A stretch of DNA of 32,000 nt, taken from assembly GCA_010202845.1 (NCBI GenBank), contig CP047921.1:510001-542000 (forward strand), read 5' to 3'. Origin of the DNA: Candidatus Saccharibacteria bacterium oral taxon 488. GTDB taxonomy: Bacteria > Patescibacteriota > Saccharimonadia > Saccharimonadales > Saccharimonadaceae. This document shows positions 6,411 to 12,827 of the stretch, piece by piece; within the stretch, counting starts at the first letter, position 1, and every line of letters starts with the position of its first letter. The notes beneath the pieces are model-generated. The model saw only the letters and a list, made by a program, of their open reading frames with translations, was not told where the DNA came from and searched no databases. The position numbers and the translations under genes were made by a program.

Positions 6411-7673
6411 CTATATTTTAAGTAATCGGTTAACTTTATCCATCAAGCCATGAGCGTCTTGATTACTTACCATTGTATCATATCCAACCCGCAGTAGGCC
6501 CATCACCGTGATAAACGTGTGATCGGTGATGTCGCCAGTTGTGTCAGTAATACCGATGACATCAGAGGGCTTGATATGCTGAACGGTCGGCTTTTTTGTA
6601 AACGGCAGCTCCTTATACCACGGCTGACTAGCCAGTGCATCAACCAGTTGTTGCAAGCTCGCGCCACCACCACACAGCAAAATTCGGTTCGGCAAGTGAT
6701 CAACACTATCAAAATCACCGAGCGCCAGTTCAACACCCGACAGCCACACCTCAAGCGTCTTATCAATTGCCTCGTCAAGTTTACGCTTGAGGGTCGGTTT
6801 GATGTAGCCATTATCAGTATTTACCTTCAGCTTTTCCGCCTCTTTGTAGCCCAGGTCCAGATCCGTCGCAATCATCCGCGTAAAGCTCCGTCCACCGATG
6901 CCGAACATCTTGGTGCCCTCAACGCCGCCGTCATTGACGACCGCAATGTCAGTCGTGCCGCCACCGCAGTCGATCAAAATCGCCGTGAAGTTAGAATTCG
7001 CATCTGTACCGAGCACACTCCGGCTGACTGCAAACGGCTCGGCCGCCACGGCGATTAGCTCCAGCGCTAACTCATCAGCCACCTTTTCCAGCGCCCCGAT
7101 ATGCACCATCGGCGCAAATGCCGTATAAATCTGTACCGCGACGTCCCGCCCCTGAAAACCGATCGGGTTCGACACCTTGTAGCCGTCAATATGAATGCTG
7201 ACCAGTGCCGAGTTAACCAGCTTCACCTCGACATCCTCGTTGCCAGTCTCCAGCGCAATCTGCGCCTGCGCCTTGCCCTGCGCCCGTTCCTGTACCTTCT
7301 CAATGATGAATTCCATCTCAGCAACGTCCAGCGGCTTATCAGGCTGTGGTCGGCGATAACGAATGGTGTTGGTTACTCCCTTGACCAGCTCACCGGCGAT
7401 ACCGATGATCACCCGCTTGGCCTGAACACCGGCCTTGTCCTCAGCCTCAGTCAGCGCCGCCTCACAATTGGTCACCACACCAGCGATATCAGCAATCGCG
7501 CCTTGATGCATGTCGCCCAGATTCTGCTGTGCCCGACCAACTCCGATAATCTCGATATCATCATCCTTGATCTCGGCGATCAGCGCCTTGATATACTCCG
7601 TACCAATGTCGAGACCGACCAGGTACTGGTGTTCATCTTTGTCTGTCTTCTTGAAAAGCCTATCTAACACCAT
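6411..7673 (-). CDS. ftsA: FtsA-like actin-fold ATPase
   Basis: The 420-aa ORF contains LVGLDIGTEYIKALIAE...IEIIGVG, ILIDCGGGTTDIAVV and ILLCGGGASLQQL, the phosphate and adenosine motifs of the FtsA/PilM family. The C-terminal GLMDKVNRLLKI looks like an amphipathic membrane-targeting helix. Confidence 0.85.
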   Translation of the reverse strand: MVLDRLFKKTDKDEHQYLVGLDIGTEYIKALIAEIKDDDIEIIGVGRAQQNLGDMHQGAIADIAGVVTNCEAALTEAEDKAGVQAKRVIIGIAGELVKGVTNTIRYRRPQPDKPLDVAEMEFIIEKVQERAQGKAQAQIALETGNEDVEVKLVNSALVSIHIDGYKVSNPIGFQGRDVAVQIYTAFAPMVHIGALEKVADELALELIAVAAEPFAVSRSVLGTDANSNFTAILIDCGGGTTDIAVVNDGGVEGTKMFGIGGRSFTRMIATDLDLGYKEAEKLKVNTDNGYIKPTLKRKLDEAIDKTLEVWLSGVELALGDFDSVDHLPNRILLCGGGASLQQLVDALASQPWYKELPFTKKPTVQHIKPSDVIGITDTTGDITDHTFITVMGLLRVGYDTMVSNQDAHGLMDKVNRLLKI

Positions 7674-7683
7674 AGTCTTTATG

Positions 7684-7692
7684 ATTATATAC
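7684..7692 (-). promoter_or_regulatory. Candidate -10 region (TGGTATATAAT) upstream of the ftsA-like gene
   Basis: The reverse complement of 7684-7689 is TATAAT, 10 nt from the ATG at 7673. The overlapping TGgTATATA reading gives an extended -10. It lies in the 67-nt gap after the alaS stop. Confidence 0.35.
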
Positions 7693-7740
7693 CATTTGGA
7701 TGTGGATTGGCTAGTTTTTTACGAGGATAATTAACCAGCC

Positions 7741-9624
7741 TCAGGCAAGTATCGCCTTAATCCGCCGAATCCCAGCAGCACTCGCCTCTTCTTTGGTGAT
7801 CGTAAAGCGCTTGCCGCCCTCGGCCAAGATGCCGGTGTGTTCGACGTGTGGGCCACCGCAGACTTCAAAGCTAATGACGTTATCGCCTTCGCCGATGGAA
7901 TAGACTTTCACCGTGTCGCCGTAGCGCTCGCCAAAGGCGCCGATTGCGCCCATGTTTAGCGCCTCGTCAGTCGGATAGACGGCAAAACTGACTGGTAAAT
8001 CTGCGTCGATCCAAGCATTGACTTGATCTTCCACCGCCTGTTTTTCCTCTGGTGTCAATTTATCGTGATTAAAATCGAAACGCAGGCGCTGGGCAGTGAT
8101 ATTGCTGCCATGCTGCTGCAAATCCGGCGCCTTCAGAACTTTGCGCAGTGCCGCCCCCAACAAGTGCGTCGCCGTATGATATTTCAGATGAATCGGATCG
8201 TGACCCTCTAGGCCGCCGCTAAATTGCCCTTTGCGCGCAGTTTTGGAACGTTGGCGTTGCTCGGCCATTCGCGCATCAAATTCGGCGCGCCAGTTATCAG
8301 AAAGCTTGATACCTTGTTTATAGGCCTCTTCGGTACTCAGCTCCACCGGAAAGCCAAACGTATCATATAGCGTAAATAGCTCTTCGCCAGTCAAGCCGTC
8401 GTCGATATAATGCTGCATTTGCCTGAGACCTTTGCGCAGCGTTTGGCGGAAGGCTTTTTCTTCCTTAACGAGAACAGCGATGATACTCTCGCGGTTTTCC
8501 TTAACTTCTGGGAAATCCGCTTCATATAAATCAGCGATCACCGGCACGACCTCCTCGAGGAAATTCTGCTCGATCCCTAGGTCAAAACTATAGCGAATCG
8601 CCCGGCGCAACAGGCGGCGCATCACGTAGCCCTGTTCCTTATTGCTCGGCACGCAGCCGTCAACCGCCATAAAGGTAGCGGCCCTCAGATGATCAGCGAT
8701 TACCCGCATACTTTCGGTATGTGACGCGTACTTTTTGCCGCTCAAATCCTGCAATTTCTCGACGATTGGCCACAGCAAGCTAATCTTGAAAACGTCGGGG
8801 TCATTATTCACGGCCGCCGCAATTCGCTCCAGGCCCGAACCATGATCAATGTTTGGCTTTTCTAGCGGCTCAAACACACCGTCCGCCACCTTTTTATAGG
8901 CCATAAAGACATTATTACCAATCTCCATAAAGCGACCACAATCGCAGTTCGGATGACAATGCTCGCCAAACTTCGGATCGTGCTCAATGAAGTCAAACTC
9001 ATAAAACATCTCGCTATCCGGCCCGCACGGATCACCAATTGGCGTGGTCTCTGGCCCGCCGTTGCGGCTCCACCAGTTCTTACTACCATCATAGTAAAAA
9101 ATTCGCTCACCCGGGTGAATACCACGCATATAACCGGCTTCTTCCGAACCAATATCGGCCTGACCGCTGCTCAGGCCTGCTGTTTCGTATAGCTCCGCCC
9201 AGATTTCCGCTGCCTCAGTATCCTTAGGAATATTGTAGCGTTCATCACCAATGTAGCAGGTGATATAAATCCGGTTCATGTCCAGCCCAACCTCTTCGGA
9301 CAGGAATTGCCACATCCAATTGATCTGCTCTTTTTTGAAATAATCACCCAAACTCCAGTTACCGAGCATTTCAAAAAACGTCGTGTGGCGGTTATCACCG
9401 ATATCATCAATGTCTTGGGCCCGCAAGCACGTCTGTGAATCAGCGATTCGCTTACCCTCAGGATGCGGCTCACCCAGCAGGTACGGGATCATTGGCTGCA
9501 TGCCCGCACCGGTAAATAGTGTTGTCGGATCGTCGGTTAGAATCAGCGGCGCGCGCCTAATGACTGCATGAGCCTGTTTGCTGTAAAAGTCGAGATATTT
9601 GAGGCGAATTTCTTGAGCGTTCAT
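7741..9624 (-). CDS. alaS: Alanine--tRNA ligase, short form ending after the editing domain (no C-Ala domain)
   Basis: FFEMLGNWSLGDYFK is the catalytic-core motif, and HTATHLL and CGGPHV are the editing-domain zinc motifs. The protein ends 33 aa after CGGPHV. I prefer the ATG at 9624 (MNAQEIRLKYLDFY, which aligns with the AlaRS N-terminus) over the GTG at 9648. Confidence 0.93.
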   Translation of the reverse strand: MNAQEIRLKYLDFYSKQAHAVIRRAPLILTDDPTTLFTGAGMQPMIPYLLGEPHPEGKRIADSQTCLRAQDIDDIGDNRHTTFFEMLGNWSLGDYFKKEQINWMWQFLSEEVGLDMNRIYITCYIGDERYNIPKDTEAAEIWAELYETAGLSSGQADIGSEEAGYMRGIHPGERIFYYDGSKNWWSRNGGPETTPIGDPCGPDSEMFYEFDFIEHDPKFGEHCHPNCDCGRFMEIGNNVFMAYKKVADGVFEPLEKPNIDHGSGLERIAAAVNNDPDVFKISLLWPIVEKLQDLSGKKYASHTESMRVIADHLRAATFMAVDGCVPSNKEQGYVMRRLLRRAIRYSFDLGIEQNFLEEVVPVIADLYEADFPEVKENRESIIAVLVKEEKAFRQTLRKGLRQMQHYIDDGLTGEELFTLYDTFGFPVELSTEEAYKQGIKLSDNWRAEFDARMAEQRQRSKTARKGQFSGGLEGHDPIHLKYHTATHLLGAALRKVLKAPDLQQHGSNITAQRLRFDFNHDKLTPEEKQAVEDQVNAWIDADLPVSFAVYPTDEALNMGAIGAFGERYGDTVKVYSIGEGDNVISFEVCGGPHVEHTGILAEGGKRFTITKEEASAAGIRRIKAILA

Positions 9625-9631
9625 AGGAGTA

Positions 9632-9640
9632 ATTATAGCA
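9632..9640 (-). promoter_or_regulatory. Extended -10 promoter TGcTATAAT, 7 nt upstream of the alaS ATG (leaderless-type)
   Basis: The reverse complement of 9632-9640 is TGCTATAAT. Only tactcct separates it from the ATG at 9624, and there is no SD. Confidence 0.45.
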
Positions 9641-9666
9641 CAAGTCACCTCAGATACTCTGGATCT

Positions 9667-11196
9667 TTATGAACGTTTTTTCCGCATCAGCAGCACTGCA
9701 CCGCTGATAATGGCCGCGACCCCAGCCCCGATGGCTACCAGCAAACTCGTACCGGTATCGGCTAGTTGACTGCCCGCTCGGCCTTGCGAAGCGCCCGGCT
9801 GCCCTGGTTGACTCGGCTGACCCGGTTGGTTAGGAGCACCTGGATTACCCGGCGCTGTTGGCACAGCGTTCCACTTAGCGTATAGCGTGAAGTTAGAATT
9901 TGGCATCGTATGGACGTTAAAGTCCCACTGCATCAGATAAGTTGGATCAGCGTACCACCCAGCAAAGGTATAGCCAGCCCGCGTCGGATCAGCCGGCCGC
10001 ACCGCCTTGGCAGTGTAGGCGACCGTTTGAGATGGTACCGGTGAGCCTGAGCCGGTATCAAACGTCAGCGTGTAGGTCGGGCACTGCTTGGCATCGCCAT
10101 TGATCGTCCAGCCGTGACCACCGTCGGCCACTGCCTTTTGCAGTGCTGCATGCGCCGCCTCCGCCGTACAATATTTCAGGCCAGCCGCACCCAGCGTCAC
10201 TGGTGACTTGAGTACTGCATTATTCCAGGCAGTCAGTGTTGCGTCGTAATTTTGCACCGATAGCGCCGTATTATCAAGCATATTCGCCCCGCCGGCATAC
10301 GGATTCCCCGTAACATCCTGCAGCGAGGTCAGTTGCCAGCCAGCCAGCGACTGGTTGAATGCCCGCGCATTAGCCAACATCCGCACCATAGCGTGTGCCT
10401 TCGTCATATTCCACAGCCCGATCGGCTGATTGAACGAATTTGCCCACTCAAACATGCTATCGGCGTATTCAAGTTTTGCAGTATTCCAGCTGGCAATTGA
10501 CGAACTGCCGCCGTTATTGAACGCCCCTGCATACGCAAACATATGACCAGCGCTCGTCACATTTCCCATGTTCCACGCACCGATGTTTTGGTTAAACTGT
10601 CCGGCGCCATGGAACATATTAGCGGTTGTCGTCACATTTGATGTATTCCATTGCCAGTTGGCACCCTCACCCTTGAGCGAGTGAGCTGTGTCGAACATAC
10701 CTTGCAGGCTCGTTACGTTCGTGAGATTTGGCACGTCAGTCGCCTTGACATCCATATTCTCAGCGCCCCGAAACGCCGAGTCCATGCTGCGCCACGCACC
10801 CGTTCCCCACTGGTCAACTGACATGATTTTCAAACGATCACCGGCATTATTCACATAAATCTGCGGGAATGTACCGCCGATACGAATCGTGTGACGACCC
10901 TCGTCGCTGTATGTGCAGGTGTGGCTACCGGTCACGCCCACGGCGTCAGGAATACCGTCATTGTTACAGTCGACCGTATAATTATATCCCCCGCCTGTCA
11001 CCGGTATAGTAAATTGATCGGTGTTTGATACGCCCGGTTTCGTGGTGTCAATCGTCATGACAAAATCAGTATTGTTAATTGGATCAGCTTTCGCTGGCTG
11101 CGTCATCGCAAGTAGCGTCAGGCCACCAACACCAAGCATCATAACCCCTGCTGTTAGCGTCGGCAGCAGGCGCCTGCGTTGTTGTAAATATTTCAT
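9667..11196 (-). CDS. Sortase-anchored surface protein: signal peptide + BspA-type DUF285 repeats + Listeria-Bacteroides (Flg_new) repeat + P/Q/G linker + LADTG sorting signal
   Basis: The 509-aa ORF has a signal-like N-terminus ending in AKA. DUF285-type repeats are present (MFHGAGQFNQNIGAWNMGNVTSAGHMFAYAGAFN, SMFEWANSFNQPIGLWNMT). YTLTFDTGSGSPVPSQTV...GYTFAGWYADP...FTLYAKW is a Flg_new-type repeat. LADTG (nt 9751-9765) is followed by a TM segment and an RKKRS tail. Confidence 0.9.
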   Translation of the reverse strand: MKYLQQRRRLLPTLTAGVMMLGVGGLTLLAMTQPAKADPINNTDFVMTIDTTKPGVSNTDQFTIPVTGGGYNYTVDCNNDGIPDAVGVTGSHTCTYSDEGRHTIRIGGTFPQIYVNNAGDRLKIMSVDQWGTGAWRSMDSAFRGAENMDVKATDVPNLTNVTSLQGMFDTAHSLKGEGANWQWNTSNVTTTANMFHGAGQFNQNIGAWNMGNVTSAGHMFAYAGAFNNGGSSSIASWNTAKLEYADSMFEWANSFNQPIGLWNMTKAHAMVRMLANARAFNQSLAGWQLTSLQDVTGNPYAGGANMLDNTALSVQNYDATLTAWNNAVLKSPVTLGAAGLKYCTAEAAHAALQKAVADGGHGWTINGDAKQCPTYTLTFDTGSGSPVPSQTVAYTAKAVRPADPTRAGYTFAGWYADPTYLMQWDFNVHTMPNSNFTLYAKWNAVPTAPGNPGAPNQPGQPSQPGQPGASQGRAGSQLADTGTSLLVAIGAGVAAIISGAVLLMRKKRS

Positions 11197-11242
11197 AAAC
11201 CCCCTATTATGTTCATGTTACTTCGTTGTACTATTACCTCAA

Positions 11243-11272
11243 ATAATACGCGACTAAGCCCTCCATTGTCAA
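11243..11272 (-). promoter_or_regulatory. Candidate promoter TTGACA - 18 nt - TATTAT for the surface-protein gene
   Basis: The reverse complement of 11267-11272 is TTGACA and of 11243-11248 is TATTAT. The leader ends in TAGGGGGTTTATG, a G-run SD. Confidence 0.5.
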
Positions 11273-11273
11273 G

Positions 11274-11300
11274 AAAATCCCGCCCTCATCGCGGGCGGGA
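11274..11300 (-). terminator. Intrinsic terminator after rpsP
   Basis: On the minus strand the 8-bp GC stem TCCCGCCC/GGGCGGGA (11278-11285 / 11293-11300) has a 7-nt loop and is followed by TTTT (reverse complement of 11274-11277). It lies 25 nt after the rpsP stop. Confidence 0.75.
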
Positions 11301-11324
11301 AATGTCTCAGTTTATCACGTCGTA

Positions 11325-11687
11325 TTATTCAGCGCCTGACTCATCAGTATCTGACTGAACTGGCTCTTCTTTTGGCTGGTTTTTACGAAGCTTCTCTGGA
11401 TTGCGGATGGCTTTGTGCCTATCAGCAGCTGGCGCTTTAACCCACTTTGGCAAGGTGACGCCAGCTTCTTTCAATAACTTAACAACACGCGGTGTTGGCT
11501 GGGCACCATTGTCCAAATATTTCTGTGCTAATTCAGCCTGAATATTTGCTGCTTTAGTGTGTGGATTGTAGCTGCCGACATACGCGACCACGCGACCGCT
11601 TGATGGATGGCGCTGCGCCTCTTGTACTGCCAGGCGGTACACCGGATAACCCTTACGACCCAACCGTTGCAAACGAATTGCTAGCAT
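11325..11687 (-). CDS. rpsP: 30S ribosomal protein bS16 with a basic/acidic C-terminal extension
   Basis: The 120-aa ORF begins MLAIRLQRLGRKGYPVYRLAV...VGSYNPHTK. An AAGGAAG SD lies 9 nt upstream. Confidence 0.95.
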   Translation of the reverse strand: MLAIRLQRLGRKGYPVYRLAVQEAQRHPSSGRVVAYVGSYNPHTKAANIQAELAQKYLDNGAQPTPRVVKLLKEAGVTLPKWVKAPAADRHKAIRNPEKLRKNQPKEEPVQSDTDESGAE

Positions 11688-11740
11688 GTGTAATTTCTTC
11701 CTTTTCTTACAACTCTTTGATTAATGTATTACTCCTAGAG

Positions 11741-11769
11741 AGTGTACACTATTTCCCTGCGGTCGTCAA
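11741..11769 (-). promoter_or_regulatory. Candidate promoter TTGACG - 17 nt - TACACT for rpsP
   Basis: The reverse complement of 11764-11769 is TTGACG and of 11741-11746 is TACACT. It sits back-to-back with the plus-strand promoter at 11789. Confidence 0.4.
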
Positions 11770-11788
11770 TTCTGTCTTGAGACTTCTA

Positions 11789-11816
11789 TTGACTTTTTAT
11801 TTCTATCTGTTATAAT
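11789..11816 (+). promoter_or_regulatory. Near-consensus promoter TTGACT - 16 nt - TGtTATAAT for the kinase-like orphan
   Basis: ttgact lies at 11789-11794 and tgttataat at 11808-11816. The ATG at 11825 is only 8 nt downstream with no SD, so the mRNA is leaderless or nearly so. Confidence 0.6.
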
Positions 11817-11824
11817 ATCCAAGT

Positions 11825-12514
11825 ATGCCACATGAACATATCCAACCAAGAGAAATCAATGATACAGATTTTATTATTTCGGGTCTACTTGGCGAAGGCG
11901 GCTCAAAAACAGTGTTTGACACAGTCATTAATGGAAAAAGAAGAGCGCTGGCGATACCGAATAGTATTGACGATCCCGATACACAGGCAGAGAAATGGAA
12001 CAGTGTATTACAAGAACCCGAAAACGCGAAACTACTGTCTGAATTAGGACTTCTCACTATTCCAGAATACGAAATAATGGTTGCTACTATAAACGGTCGG
12101 GAATTACCAGCACTAAGTATGACACCGTTTTCTGATCTTCCTTTTAGGGTCTTTGACAGCAAGGATGGAACACAGACATATACACACGGTCCACTTTCTC
12201 ACATTGAACATTTTTCAGATATTTCTTCCTATATCACTGGTTTTGGCGCCGATATCGCCACGCTCACACAATCGGGAATCGTCCTGTCGCGAGACAGCAT
12301 ATCATTTGCCGCCTTACCGGACGGATCGATGCGCTTATTTTTCTACGATTTACAGAATATGACAATTAACGATGATTCTGTTAATGAAGATGACCTTAGA
12401 GGGGATTATTCAAAACTAGTCGTCTATATGTTAGATAACATATTTGACTACCAGCAGTTGATGCGTTTTGAAGAACAGGGCTACGATTTTCATGAGCGCA
12501 TGAATCTATCATAG
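11825..12514 (+). CDS. Hypothetical protein with a protein-kinase-like N-lobe signature (WNK-style glycine loop); minimal or atypical kinase fold suspected
   Basis: In this 229-aa ORF, LLGEGGSKTVFDTV fits GxGxxGxV with Lys at the third-Gly position. RALAIPN lacks the VAIK Lys. LSRDSISF (RD-like) and FFYDLQ (DFG-like) follow. G+C is about 40% by my hand count of five 60-nt lines. Confidence 0.7.
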   Translation: MPHEHIQPREINDTDFIISGLLGEGGSKTVFDTVINGKRRALAIPNSIDDPDTQAEKWNSVLQEPENAKLLSELGLLTIPEYEIMVATINGRELPALSMTPFSDLPFRVFDSKDGTQTYTHGPLSHIEHFSDISSYITGFGADIATLTQSGIVLSRDSISFAALPDGSMRLFFYDLQNMTINDDSVNEDDLRGDYSKLVVYMLDNIFDYQQLMRFEEQGYDFHERMNLS

Positions 12515-12827
12515 AGACTTCAAGCAATCGCTAAATTAAACTTTAGTATTGCTCGACGCGAAGTGTATGATTTAATTGCTGATGACCCGATAAAAGCCGT
12601 GTCTGACAGAGCAGAAAAAGAAAAGCGTCAGCTTGAAGATCCTGACGTTGCGCAATGTCTGAGAGAAAGGATTAATCGCTAAAGCTCGTTTTTCCCAAAG
12701 TATCGTCGAACACGAAGAAAATTTTGAACGCCTAAAACAATTGTTTGGTCAAATTCCTAACCGCGGTATGTTTATCGAGGCTATGATGAATGAAGGCCCA
12801 CAAGTATACTTCTCAGTAGCAGCTAGC
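12515..12827 (+). pseudogene. Possible decayed 3' continuation of the 11825 gene (coding-like sequence past an in-frame TAG, then a +1 frame shift)
   Basis: After the TAG at 12512-12514 the same frame stays open for 55 codons (RLQAIAKLNFSIARREVYDLIADDPIKAVSDRAEKEKRQLEDPDVAQCLRERINR, ending at TAA 12680). The +1 frame is open from 12663 to the mnmA stop (…KARFSQSIVEHEENFERLKQLFGQIPNRGMFIEAMMNEGPQVYF…). Confidence 0.3.

Noticed and set aside
6411-7673. The FtsA-like gene might instead be type IV pilus PilM.
   Set aside because: Its length (420 aa) and its C-terminal amphipathic helix fit FtsA better. No pilN, pilO or pilQ-like small genes follow it. I cannot exclude PilM without a profile search.
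12512-12514. The in-frame TAG might be a recoded sense or read-through codon, or a sign of an alternative genetic code.
   Set aside because: TAG is the genuine stop of at least seven other genes here: trmD, mltG, ftsA-like, the YabE-like gene, tpiA, the 167-aa hypothetical and nudix. TGA and TAA also terminate conserved genes at the expected lengths. Standard code 11 fits, so nonsense decay or a true gene end is more likely.
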